Below, in pieces: positions 1-14,204 of a stretch of DNA of 64,000 bases. The notes under the pieces are model-generated. The model was given only the letters and a program-made list of their open reading frames with translations. It did not search any database and had not been told where the DNA came from. Location of the stretch: contig CM022665.1 in assembly GCA_012295275.1 (NCBI GenBank), positions 16,802,001 to 16,866,000 on the forward strand. The letters are read 5' to 3'. The first letter of the stretch is position 1. Every line of letters begins with the position of its first letter. This stretch comes from Chrysomallon squamiferum. Lineage: Eukaryota; Animalia; Mollusca. The position numbers were made by a program, and so were the translations under genes.

Positions 1-734
1 AATATTTTCACTGTTATTTCTTTTGAGTTCTTTTTTTTTTAGACTAATAACGTAGTCTGTAACAAGCATTCTCCATTTGATCAAAAATTAATTTCTTTGA
101 AATTTATAAATAACAGGTTCCAAGATATATCTTATACCGGTATTGATATTAGTATTGGTATTGATATTGTTAGTACAAAGACTGAACCATTTATCCAGCA
201 AACTTGGACCTGGAGGTGGTGCGAATTTCTGGATACAGTCTAAATTTTTGCTTAAAAGTATAAAATAAACAATGATTAAAAGAAAGAATGAAACTCAATT
301 TAACAGATACAAATTAATACCTTTTTAAAGTAGGGTGTGTTTGATCTTTATTATTTCACTTAAAATTCTTAAAATACCTGTTTGGAATATTTTTCTCACT
401 AGTATGTGGTGTTCTGTTCTAATCTTTTAGATATGATAATAAATGAAAATGAGAGTAAATTGAAACGAGTGGTACACCAGAACGCTCTTGCTTGAATTGG
501 TATCATGGAAAATAAAACAAAGTATGCCTAATTCAAAAGTACAAATAACAGTAAAAGTACTCATAGTTAAAATAGCTTTATTGTTATTCTTATTGTTATT
601 GCATTATTATTAACATTCGTAGGTTACTGGTTTGTTATTAGTATTTAAATTTCATTATTACTATTTTTGTTTTTATTAATTATTATTATTATTATGATGA
701 TGTTATTAATAGATAGTAATATTTGTATCTTTAG

Positions 735-3700
735 AAATCACAGCAACATCAGATGCTTCAGGCTGCACTGGTCAGTGTTCTGTCCACTGTTGGCCAGCTG
801 ATTGATGACCAGGATGGTACCAATAACTACAGATCAGTCACTTATTGTATAATTGATTATGTCTCTGTGATGAAGCTGGACACTTCTTTCACTAAAGGAT
901 TTGCCATCGAGTGAGTCTTGATTTATTATTATAAATTTGTTTGTCATTATTTTATAGAATTTTTTTAAATTACTGCTTAGTGTAAAAATCAATTGCTGTC
1001 ACTCATAAATCTTAGCAGTTGTATAAGATTGAGATGTTATTATTTTCTTTGTTTTCTCTGGCATCTATGACATGATGTACTTAAAACATGTAAAACTAAA
1101 TAAACAATTGATAGATTGTAACATGTAGCAATTTTAATATATTTATTCATTGATGAAGAGTGGGTAAATAAAGGTGGATCTGTTAGAATTATTAAATTTG
1201 TTGTGTTTAAGTATGGGGGTCCTTGGTGTATGTTGTCAATGTGTACCATGAAAACATGATGAATAATGAAATGTTGTATAAAGAGGAATTAATGTAAATA
1301 ACATAGGCACATTTGCGAAAAAAACCAATTTTAACCACTTAATTTCAATCGATCACTATGCATCTGGAAATAATAATTAATGTGTAATAAATAATTTGCT
1401 GTATACTATAAAAACTAAAACTAAATATCCATTAAAAAAAAATAATAATAAAAATAAAAAAAAGTTAATATCACTGCTCAGTCTGATTTTCATCCATCCA
1501 AAACAGTGAAACTGTGAAACAAAATGTTTGTTGCTGATATATGTGTGAAATAATGTAGACAGGGGAAACTTATAGTGAGGACACTTTGTATGTATAAACT
1601 AGATTTCTTCTTCATTTTTTATTTCTCTTTTCATCTGATAGTTCATCTTTTTCTTTTCTTTTCCTTTTATTTTTTCTTGTTCTTATTTTTTTTCTTTCAG
1701 TGATGGAACTGGTAATGGAAAAAAAAACTGGGGTAAAGTTGTTTCTCTCTTTATGACCTCCCAGTGGCAACTTCTCCATTTTTGGCTCAAGCGTCACCCA
1801 GAGATTAAAGCAGAATCTCTCTTTTATAAATGTCTCGATGCTTTTGACACTGGTTCCTGGGAGTCTGACCTACCTGTCATTGATTGTCTTGCATGCTTGT
1901 TACCACAGGTAGGTTTGAGATACTGAATCACAGAATACATATTTGTTTTACTTCAGATTTTTGATATGCATCAGCACAATGTAATATTACTTACTATTAT
2001 TATTAGGAGATCGAAATATATCAGTTAAACAAAACAAGTTTATATATATAAAACAATAAGAAATATAAGATATGTGTGTTTGTAAATGTATATTTTTATG
2101 TATGTATGTGTATTTAACAGTATATATATTTTAAATTATTTTCCTGTTAAGATGACCAGTTATTTTAGATAAAAATTGTTTACATTAAAAAATAACAACA
2201 TAATAATAATTATTATGATTATGATTATGATTATGATTATGATTATGATTATTATTATTATTATTATTATTTTTATTATTTTTAATTTTATTATTATTAT
2301 TATTGTTATTTGTATACATGAACAATTATAATAAAAACAAATTTGTAACTATAGTTTGGCATAACAAAAAAGCTTATATCTATAAATCTAATACCCAAAG
2401 AGAACTTGAGAAATCTTATTACATAAATATTCTGATTATAATTCTTTGTAACTTATAATACACCTTGATAGTTAATGTCAGCCATTGATGTTTCCTGGTT
2501 AAAGATAAATGAATTACATGATCATTAATATATCTGCCATACAGCTTTAAAAGGGGCATTTTTTAAAACTTTTTTTTTAATACTTTTGTTATTTTTTATT
2601 TATTTATTTGTTTTTGTTGTTGTTGTTTTTTTACATATATAAGAACAGTTTATATTGTTAAACAAAACAGCTTATTTAATCTGGGTGAAAATAAAAGATA
2701 GTTTGGATGTGTATGTGTATTTATATATACTTTTTAATATCTAATTACAGCTTGTAACAAGTGATGTTAAACCTGAACAGATAATGGTGGCCATTGACTT
2801 AGCCTGGATGAAAACAAATGAAGAACATCACACAGCTGGCTTCTGGCTGAAACTGAGGTCGTTTGTCAACATGGCATTTCAGAAACCATTTCTCAAGCTT
2901 CCAGCAGATTCTGTTATTTTTCAGCATTTACTGAAGGTATTTATAAACTTTAATAGTCTTAATATTCTTACTCAGTTTATATTTAAAAACCTGATATTAT
3001 AGTTTTTCAGGATTTATCTGATCTTTTGTAAATGTAAACTGTGGTTTAATAACTAACATAACTGTGTATTTTAAAATAAACTTTCACTCTGTCTCAAAAA
3101 AGTATTAAGATCACTATTAAATTACTTTAAAAAAAATAAGAAAAAAAAATAAAAGTAAAGGATAATGTACTTTTAAATGTATAAAAATGTGTTTTCAGTA
3201 CACACAGATACTGTCGACATTTGGAGATGACAAGGCTGGAGTTTTTAATCTCTTAGTGGAGAGGCTGTGTCAGGTGTGGAGTTCTCAAGATGGCATACTC
3301 ATTGCCAATAAGTTCATTCCTGTGATAGCAGATGCTTGCCTTTTTGGTGAGGTCATCAAAAAAGCTGACAAGTTAGTTCGTGTTTTAATGTTTGTGATGA
3401 AATATTCTAGTTATTTTTGGAAATGCAGCTTATTATCCTTATTAAAAGAAAAAATAATAATAATGATAGGAAATTAAATTTACTTAAATTCTTGTAATTT
3501 ATAAAAAGATGATGCAAAAGCAGTTACAGTTATAAAATTTAAAAAAAAGCAGCTCACTGCATTTTTCATGACATTTTTTGTCAGGAACTTGTTCCTGGCT
3601 ATGTGTTAATATGTTGCTGATAAAAACACTTCTTTCTTTCAGTTTGTTCTCAGATGTCTGGGCACATTTTGAGACTTTGCAGAATTCTGTTTCTGTCAAC

Positions 3701-5811
3701 CAGATTCTCCCAGGGTTAGTTTTCAAGAGTAGCCACAAACAAGTAATGAGAGGTTGCCATTTCCTTTCCTTATCTGTACATGAATGGGATTTGGTCACAG
3801 AAATAAAACTTATAAATTGATGGGCTATTTGTTCCTATTGAAAGATATATTTGCATTTTCTGAAGTGCTCACAGATGGTATATACATACGTAACACACAC
3901 ACACACGCACACGCACACACATACACACACATTTTAATGTCTTTAATTTTTTCTTCTTTTTTCTTCTTTTCTCTTTCTTTCAGTCTCTCTCACTTTGGAA
4001 AAATCTGCTATCAATCATTATCAAATTTCCTTAAAGAATATCTTAACCAAAATAACAAAATATCAATTTTTTTGGAAACATTTAACTGATTTAACAAAAT
4101 TTACTAATACAGAATCCTCAGATAATGTCAAACTAATATTCTTCACATTCTGCAGACTCAAAAGAAGCAGCTTGGTAGTTCGTACTATGATAGTGGATTT
4201 TTTAACCCGGTTGAAGCCTGAAGACAAATCTCACTGTGAACTGGTGATAGGTTTGTGGCGGGAATTGATGCAGAGATATCAGTTGTTGATGGATGAGTCT
4301 GTGTACAGGCAGTATAACAACTCTCTTAGTCATCGACGCAAACATCGAATCTTTCAAACATTGCTGGTCTTTGAGCCATTCATTTCTGAGGTCAGAATAA
4401 ATTAATACATTCCCCATTGTAGTCATTTAATAAATTAAATTAATACATTCCTTATATAGTTATTTAATAAAGTAAATGAATACATTACTCATACAGTTAT
4501 TTAATAAAGTAAATGAATGTATTCCTCATGTAGTTATTTGATAAAGTGAATTAATGCATTCCTTATGTAGTTATTTAATAAATTTCCTCATATAGCCATT
4601 TAATGAAGTAAATTAATGCATTCCTCATATAGTTATTTGATAAAGTGAATTAATGCATTCCTTGTGTAGCTATTTAATAACATATATTTCTCACATAGTC
4701 TTTTAATAAATTAAATTAAGGCATTCCTCATACATTAATTTAATAAACTGAATTAACACATTTCTGATTCAATAAAATAAGTTAATTGATTCCTCACATA
4801 ATCTATTTAATAATACAGGGGTTTGGAACTGAATATTTGTTTAGGTTTTTTTGGAGCATAAATTAGATCTCTTTTTTTTTGTGGAATTATTTTGTTTTTG
4901 TAATTTTTATGTTAAATAATTTGTCAGTTGTCACTAGATATGTAAGCCTTTTTTTTTTTCTTAACAAAAATTAAATTAAAAAAAATACTAATAAAGTAAC
5001 AATTAAAAATCATTACACATTTTCTTGATTATTTTATTTCTGGATATGTTTTTGGTTTGTTGTTTTTTAATTGTTTGGGGGTTTTTAATTTGGAAAAAAT
5101 ATTTTAAATATTTTTTTCAGAGGTATAGAGTTGAATGTTGGTCTTTCATCTGGAAATCTTTGGTTACTGAAGTTCATCCTTCTGTCCGTCACATGCAGGA
5201 ATGGCTAATTCTTCGACTTGCACTGAGGTTTCCTTCATTCACTGAAGATTTGTTTATGTATTTTCAAGAGGTAGGTAATCAATCATACTTGATTAGTAAT
5301 AATGGCAAAATGTATTTAAGGTGCATTATATTTTCAGATGAATGTCAGTCCAGTATTTTATTTTAGTGGAATCCTTGGCCCTCATCCTGCTGCAGTTAGT
5401 TCTCACAATTTTCATATGCTTTACTGACTAACACAGGTGTATTATTTTAAAAATCATTTCTTTCTTCAAATCAGTATTATATAGTAACCCATGAAGTAGT
5501 TGTAACAGATTTCATCTGTCATATCAGTATGACAATATTAATATTTTGCATCTGTATTGAATTTTGGTCTTTTATTGTTTACAAACTTCATGTTATATCA
5601 AAAATTCCATTAGTTTTTAAACAGTTTTTCATTTAAACCGTATATGTAACACATTATACGTTAATTATAATTTTTTGTTATTTTTTTAAGTATATGTATT
5701 TTTTTCCATCTTTTTTTATTTCAGTTTTCTGAAAAAAAGAATTTGAGTTTAACATCACTAATCACAGTTGTTTCACACCTTGGACCACATCTGCCAAAAC
5801 CATTGCAGGTG

Positions 5812-5857
<46 letters not shown>

Positions 5858-8800
5858 AGATTGGGTTTACCCAACAATATTTTATTGTTTTTAATTATTG
5901 CCAGTACATCTTATATCTATCTATCCATCTATCTATCTATCAATGTATGTCTTTCTATCTATCTATCTGTTTACCTAATTACAATTTTTTTTTTAAGAAT
6001 AGCCCTGAGAATGGCTGAACAATTTCTTACACCTTTTAGCATTAAAATTATCATTTGACCCTTTAAAAGTTATTATTAAACTCAGTTGTGTTGTTATTTA
6101 TTATTTATTTTTTTTGATTTTATTAAACTTTCATTGATTCCTTTGACAGAGTGGTTACTATATGAAAGCAATTCCACTGGTGATTCCGTGGTGTATGGCT
6201 CATCACTTTAACACACGACTGCATGCCCAAGTGACCATCATAAAACTGTGGGAACAGTGCACATCACTGGAACTTCATGATGTTACAACGGCTTACAGCA
6301 TTGTCAACACTTTTTTGTGCTTCAGTACAGAAAATAGGTCTGTAAACTTACTTGGTTTCTCTGTTTGTACACATATTATAGAATATGTATGTACTTGGGA
6401 TCATGTGTAATAGAGAGAGAGGGAATATAACGCAGAGAGAGAGAGGGGGAGGGAGGGAAAGAGAGAGGGAGAATGATAGAAATAAATAACAAAAAACCCA
6501 GTACACAATAATTTGAACATCTTGTATTTTATTTTATGTGAAAGATACAGAATGAGCACAAAAGTGAGAGAGCAATGTGGCTGTACTATGCTTTTGTATA
6601 TTATGTAATTAGCATAATAGTACTATGTGGCATTTTGATAAATGTTTATGTTTATGTTTTGGTTTGTGTGTTGTCAGGTGTTGTCATAATTAGATAATTC
6701 TAATAATTAAATTTTTATTGTTGCAGATTTTGAACTTATGATTTTTTATTGTATTTACAGTCAATATTTAACAATTAATAGATTTTATTTTACTGGCATT
6801 TCATTTTGTTTTTTAATTAATTTTTTTTTTTTTTTTTTTTTCTAGCAACACAATGAAAAATGTCCAGAAGTTGTTTGATAATTACTTTATGAAAACATTT
6901 CATTTTATTCGAGACTATAGTATTGAAGTAAGTTGTTATACATCTTTTTTTAATTTTTTATTATTATTATATTTTAATTATTACTATTATTATTTTATTA
7001 TTATTATTATATTTTTTAATTATGTCCAAATTCCAAAAATATCAGTAGCATTGATGATGTTGGTTTGATTACACTTCTATGGCAGTGTGTATATGTAGCA
7101 GTCATTATTTAATAGTCCATCCCTTCAAATTAGCATACATGTAAAGAAAACCTATGTTTATTTTTATAGTGATTTGGATATCAAAAACTAGTTTTTAAAT
7201 GCTCGATAACTAATATTCTCTTCTACAGACAATTTTCAACACACTTCCAATGCTTGCCTTGTTGAGTGATGAAGAGTGGATTCCACCAGAAATGTTTGAT
7301 GATGATGAAGTGATTCCGAAAACAGAACAATCTTTTCGACATCTTCCTTTATATAACATTAACAGTGACCTCAAAATGTGCACTGCTGGGCCTTGGAGAA
7401 TCAAACCCCCAGGTTGGTGGAATACACCTTACAGTGAATGAGTGATTATGGAGTTGACGTCACTGTGGAAATCTTTTATCTGTTTGCAATGGGCAGTGGG
7501 CTGATGGAATACATATACCAAAATTACAAACCCTCCAAAATTATTTAAAGTTTTTTTTTTTTTTTTTTTTTCCATTTTTTAATGTAGAAAATATAGAGAA
7601 AAAATACCGATAATTTTACAGTCTGTCTGTCTGTATGTAAGTCTATATATTTAATTTTCATTGTTAAATACAGAAAATATGGATTTTTGAGAAATATATT
7701 ATTTATATGTCTGTGTATCTACCTACCTACCTACCTACCAGTCTGTCTTTCAATCTATATTTTCATTGTTAAATATAAAAAATATAGAGATAAAAAATAA
7801 AAATAAATATATTTTTAGTCAATACAGATATTGTCTGTCTTTATATTATTTTATTTTATTTGTTAAATAAAGAAAATAAACAGTAAAATGTGATATATTC
7901 ACCATTATTTGTTTACCATTGTACTAGAGTGAATAATTCAGTAACAAATAAATAAATTATATCTAGAATGTTTTTTTTGCTCCATAATAGACAAATGAAA
8001 AACATTACACATGGTAAAAGAATAATACTGTACATGTGTTTGTTCATAAATGTGTGATCCTGTTGTTTGTCTTTTGGTTTGTCTGTCTGTGTATATTTGT
8101 GCATGTATCAGGATGTTTCATGGATGTTGTTTGTATTTGTGTATTTATTTATATGTATTTTGTCTATATATGTTTATATATGTTTTTCTTTTCTTTTTGT
8201 GATGCTTACAGCTGAAGCTAACGATGACTGTGATGAAGGTGGTGAGGGTGATGTACAGAAGAAAATAATGCCATGGCGACTAATGACCCCCGATGAAGAG
8301 TCGGTTGACTATGAGTTTAAGAAGAAACATCACAAACCTGGAGGCCTTGTTGTTGTGACATCACTCATTGATAAGATTCCAAACCTTGGAGGTAATGTCA
8401 AACTAGTGCAGTGGATGGAATGAGGCTTCATAGTACATGAGATCAATCCTTCTAAGTGTTCCGTTTGAGCCTTTTCCTGTTGTTCAGTTTCAAGTGTGTG
8501 TGTATGTGTCGCATGTGTTCACTGCATATGTTTATTTTACCAAATGCTGTTTAATGTTATTTTTTGTTTATGACAGGTAGTTAAAAGCAGATTTTTAGTT
8601 TATAATCAATATGATAAGCTCTTGGTATTTTGAATTTTAGGTTTGTGTCGGTCAAGTGAGATATTTGGTGTGTCTGAGTTTGTGCTTGCCAATCTGAGAT
8701 GCACTGGTGACAAAGTATTTCAAGTACTCAGTGTTACAGCCCAGAACTGGATTCCTATAACAGAGGTAAACAATAACAACAACAATGGCATCAATACGTT

Positions 8801-9805
8801 TTACTTATAATACTGATACAAACACTCCTAAGCTCATTTGTCTGAGGTCTCTGAATCAAATGTTTAGACAGTAATATATTATTTTCTACTGACCACAGGT
8901 TCCTCCAGAAAGACTAATGGAGTTTATGGAAGATAAAAGAAAGGAAGGTTATACATTGATTGGTGCTGAGCAGACGGCAAACAGTGTCTGTTTAACTAAC
9001 TACCGATTTCCTACCAAGTCACTGCTTTTACTTGGGTATGTTTAGAATACTGAATTTTTTTTTTTTTTTTTTTTTTTCAACCATTTTTCTTTTACTTATG
9101 ATTATTATTATTACTGTTTTTATTGTTATTTTGTAGTTGCTTTGTATAGATTTTTTGTTCTTTTTTCTCTCTTTTCTTTAATTATTATTTAAATGTTAAT
9201 TCTTAACTTATTCAGATAAAAGTAATACAGGTACTGGACCAATTATCTGGACTCCCTGGGGCCTGAGGCATTCCAGTTTTCTGGTACCAAGGCATCTAAA
9301 TATGTAAATAATTAGGCATAAACATTTTTAAATTAAAATAATGAAGAAAATTGCCGATACACAACTGTGGTGACTAAATTCGTAAATAATGTGGTGAATG
9401 AACAAGTGCCACATGGCTTGAAAGGGTAGTTCCAGTCTTGTGAGGACAACACTCGTGCATGCGATCTTTGAAAATAACGTTGGGGGAAAAACATCTGGTT
9501 TTCTGGTCTTTCTGGATTTCAGGATGCCAGATAATTGGTCTGGTACCCATAAACCTTTATCATCCATTTTATTTTTTATTTAGTGTGAATGATAGACTTG
9601 CAAACAAATTTATTATTTTTATCTCTGTATTTTCTTCTGCAGAAATGAAAAAGAAGGAATTCCTGTCAATCTAATTCAGTTGCTCGATGTTTGTGTTGAA
9701 ATTCCTCAAGTAGGAATTATCCGATCACTAAATGTACATGTTAGTGGTGCTCTCCTGATCTGGGAGTATGCACGCCAACAGATGGAGAAATCATCTGGTT
9801 CCTAA
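735..9805 (+). CDS. TARBP1: TARBP1 (Trm3-like tRNA guanosine-2'-O-methyltransferase, SpoU/SPOUT family), 3' part; gene begins upstream of the window
   Basis: 14 GT-AG exons join in frame: 735-910, 1701-1908, 2751-2936, 3199-3371, 4156-4390, 5121-5270, 5725-5808, 6150-6337, 6846-6927, 7229-7412, 8212-8391, 8641-8765, 8899-9035, 9643-9805 (2271 nt, TAA at 9803-9805). The C-terminus has the SpoU motifs [37 protein letters not shown] and [30 protein letters not shown]1-typical segments DVQKKIMPW and [12 protein letters not shown] are also present. Confidence 0.95.
4397..4812. repeat. Intronic minisatellite, ~37-bp unit, ~11 degenerate copies
   Basis: Unit ~TAATRCATTCCTYATRTAGTTATTTAATAAAGTAAAT recurs at 4403, 4441, 4478, 4515, 4552 and onward, immediately after the TARBP1 exon ending at 4390. 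Confidence 0.9.
9228..9549. mobile_element. Non-autonomous Tc1/mariner-pogo-type MITE in the last TARBP1 intron
   Basis: Imperfect terminal inverted repeats CAGGTACTGGACCAATTATCTGG (9228) and CCAGATAATTGGTCTGGTACCCA (ends 9549), with TA on both sides (9226-9227, 9550-9551). No coding capacity. Confidence 0.7.
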
Positions 9806-10684
9806 TAAGTAAAAGAAAAAAAGTAAAAATCTGTGATTTTTGACACATTAATTGGCTAGACCTCTGGACATTTTACCATTTCATGCATTGCCTCAAAATT
9901 AATTTATTAAAAACTATAGCTTATGTTAATGAGAAGTAGTCAAAAAACAACCATCAGGTTGTGCCAGGATTGATTGAGATTCTTCTCTCGGAGATTGTCA
10001 TTATTTGTTACACTAACAGATGAAACCAAATTTGTAATTAAAATGTGTTGAAGAATTACTAATAAAAAATATATTCACTGAGATGTGGAGTAGCAGATAT
10101 TGGTTCATGTTGGTCTATGCTGAAAATTATACTGAAAATGCATAGCTTTTATAACATGAATAATTAACCTAAATACATTTATGTATCTATCATATAGATG
10201 ATAAAATATGGTTTGTGTTATAACAGACCTGGTAAGGATGTAACAGAGGTGGCCATTTTCCACTTTTATTTTTTATTATTATAGCAATAATAATAGCAGT
10301 AATAATAATAAAGATCATGTTGTAAAAGTAAGCAAGAAGAAAATTAAATGTCTGTATAGCTGACATTTGTCACTTATCGGAAGGTTTTTTGGGGGGTTTT
10401 CAAACTATCATCTCTGGGGCTAAGATGAATAGTAAAGATTGTCATTCTTTTATGTCATAGTCAAATAAACCATAGTAAATTACATTTTAAACAAACATAT
10501 ATACATCCAGACTGCATGCTATTTCATGGTTTCAAATCTGACATTCAGTTTCCAAAAATGCTAAAAAAACCTATATTCAGATGTTAAAGAAAAACAAAAA
10601 ATAATGGTTACTGTTTTATCATTGTTGTTACAATAAATGGGTATATCTATATCTATATATATCTATATACCTATATCTATATCT

Positions 10685-10821
10685 AAGTGAAATTCACAAA
10701 AAATGTTTAGATATTTGTACATAGATTTATTCCCATATAAATATGTTCCATTTTGTTCACCTTTCAGAATATATGTTATATACTTCAGTCACATGAAATG
10801 AAACCACATTCTCAAATGCCA

Positions 10822-10863
<42 letters not shown>

Positions 10864-11037
10864 TTGGCTTGGAAGAAAGGTGCATATCATTTTAAGTGAA
10901 ATTCAAAGAAAATAGTTAAATATTTGTATGTAGATTTATTCCTATATAAATAATGTGCCATTTTGTTCACATTTTAGAATATGTATATATGTCATATACT
11001 TCAGTAACATGAAATGAAACCACATTTGTAAATGCCA
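10685..11037. repeat. Direct duplication of ~140 bp separated by a (TA)n tract
   Basis: 10685-10821 and 10894-11037 align end to end (AAGTGAAATTCA...ATATTTGTAY...CCATTTTGTTCAC...CATGAAATGAAACCACATT...AAATGCCA). Confidence 0.9.
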
Positions 11038-14000
11038 TTTGTTGAAAAATGCTACAGACTTTTGTTGTTCCAACCCAACATAAACAGGAAACATTTTAAA
11101 GATCTTTTATATGATATACTGATATTTTCTCAGCTGTAATTATTGCAGTGAGCTTTTTAATTTTAATTGTTTGAATATAATTTATATATCTTTACTAGCC
11201 ATTCTTTGTATTATAGTTATTCTATAATATTAGTATCTATCACTTACTGTAATTTGTTTTAACAGATTTTTGCCATGGTTTTTTTAAAATTCATTATTTG
11301 ATGAAGAACAACTTAATATAATTTTTAGTGTTTAAATTTTATTGATATGACCATAAAATTCTTTAATTATATGATTGTGTATCAAAGTATATTTAATAAA
11401 AATATTTATAAAATTTTGCCTTTGTTTTATGTTTCATGTATGATTTTCAAATTGTGACAATTATGTTTTTTATTTTAATATGACTGTTTATTCACTTAAT
11501 GTTATTTGCAAATAACAATAAAATTAGATTTCTTGGAATAATTTCTAAAGCCAGTTTATCTAGTGGACATTAGCAATTCTGTCATATCACTAGTTTTGTA
11601 ACAACTCTTTTTTTTTTTTTTTTTTTTTTTTAATTTATACTTTTTTGCATTTTTAAAATGTGATTATGGCAGTACCAAAAATGTCTTCATAATGGTAACC
11701 ATGTTAGAAATTCTGGGGGAAATTGTGTTTGAGCATGCCATTTCCTTCTCATGAAGGTAGCATCATAAGTTAAATTTATTTACTCAGTCTTGCTTTTTTA
11801 ACATCCATTATCAAAGTTAAAATGTTTTTTGCCAAAATTTTATTTAAATTTTTTAAAAGGAACAGAAAAATTGCTTTTGTTTACATTACATCAAATTATA
11901 ATTATTATGAAAGTGCTAGATGTATGTAATAATGGTTACTGTCTTAAGATATCACTTTCTCCTGCAAAGGTTAGAATGATGAATTGCAGTAAGGCTCTGC
12001 TGAGGTGCATTCAACATTTGAACTGGTATTGATGAAGCTGATACTTAAGGCATAAACCAGTTATTTTTATAAAAATTAAATGAAATTAACTGTTTTATTC
12101 CTCAACTCGCCACTCTCTCGATTCATGCATATTGATTTCATTGTCAGCTTCAAATACTATACATCAAAATAGTTCTTAAATAAGAATTTTTTAAATGAAA
12201 ACCAATTTCAAAAGCTATCTTTTTAAGATCTGAAATTAGCGTTTAAACACTAAAAAGGTAATATATATACATAGTAATTTATCAAAGTAGATATAGTTCC
12301 ATCTGCATAAGCTATATTGTATTTTATTATGTAGTGTTTGCAGGATAAAATAAAATATTAGATATTTATGGTGCATTTGTCCCAGGTTTTCAGTCCATTT
12401 ATCTGAAAAGCTTCAAAGTCTGATCTTTTTAAAGTGCTGAAAGTTTAGACATTACCAGCATCAAATAAAATCTATATCAGCATTTTCAACTTCTAAATTA
12501 TTGGTGTAAAAGTAAAAGAAATCTCTGTGAATACACTTTTTAAAAAGATGTGCAATATTCACTCAGTGACTCACAGACACATACATGCACCCCCACACAT
12601 TCAATTTATCATGTGTACTTAATATTAAAAGTAATGAATTAATACTAGTTTTTATCATGCAATTTAAAAACAAAATGAAAAAAATTTAAATAAAAAAAAT
12701 GTATAGACACATCTCCACAGAAAAAAAAGAAGTTTATTTTTCTCAGTTTTATTACAATTTAGCTTGAAAATAATTCATATAAACAAATCGCATATGCTAT
12801 TATTAAGTGAGTATATGATGACACTAGTGGCAAACAAATCCAATTAAATGTGCAGGTAAATACACTGTATTAGAACAATAAATGTTACAAATGTACAAAA
12901 TTTTACATTTAAGTGTAAATAAGAAGTTTACTCAGTTTACAGGCACAGAAAATAAAAATCTATTATTATTGTATAAACAGTTATTTACATTCAAATTTCA
13001 CTTAAGTTAGGACCTGAACCGATGTTAACAAAATACATAATTGTTGTGCATTTATGTCTGTCTATATATATATATATATATATAATCAGTATATATACGT
13101 GCAAACACACACACACACACACAAAGTATTTTGTTTTGAAAAAGAAACCTTTGCTAATAATAAAGTAAATTATAAAGACAATAAAAATTTCCTTGGGGAG
13201 ATTACATACTATTATTATTACTACTATTTATTCATGTCACTGAGCTATACATCTGTTTTATTTTTCTCTCTCTCAAATAGTTCCATACTTCATTATCAAT
13301 GAATGGTAGATACTAGGGGAAAATATTATATGTAAATATGTATGTATGTAGACACATGCACACGCACGCACACACACGCACACACACATTTGAAACAGTA
13401 CAAAATATATTTGGTTATTTATTTTTCAAAGCAAACATTTAAGCTAAGTTGAATAATTATTTTTTGTAAACTGACTGTCAGTTTCTGAAAAATGAATTGG
13501 CTACACTGAAACACATAGTATGGAAGATGTAACAAATTTCAGGTGTTTCATTCCAAGAAACTGAGGATAAAAGTGAAAACTGAAAAAATATCTCATAATT
13601 TTCATCTCTATTTACACAATGTACCAAAGTACACAAAAAGTCAAACAAAATGGCAAAACTATAAATTGTCCATGTTTAAAGTGAATAAAATATCAAAACT
13701 AATTATTATGTTAATTCTCTTCAGCTAAGTATAATTGTAACAATATTCTGTTCTTCAGCATTGTCACTTTGTTATTGTTTTTTTTTAAATACTCTCCTCC
13801 ATTATTTAATTATTTTTCCATTTTAAACTTGACAATTTAAGAAAAGAAACTGAAATACAGATACATCTAAAGTATAATGTATCCTATTACCTTTCATAGT
13901 TGATTCTGACTTCAAAACAGTAGGTTAAAAATGGTGGCACGTTTCTATACATCATGTGACAGTATCAAATTTAATGTCAACTCATTTCATCCTTATAATC

Positions 14001-14204
14001 TGTATTACTGGTGCAATGAAAGGAAGCAGACAGCATTAAAATTAAAATAATAACATTTGAAAAACTGCAACATTTTTCTGCTTTAAAATAGCTGAATTCC
14101 AGACCAATATCAAAATTCTGGAACAGTATCTAATGATTGTTTGACTAATTTGTTCAACTTCACAAAGCTATCTTCAGTGCAGCAAATCTAAATATATGGA
14201 GATG

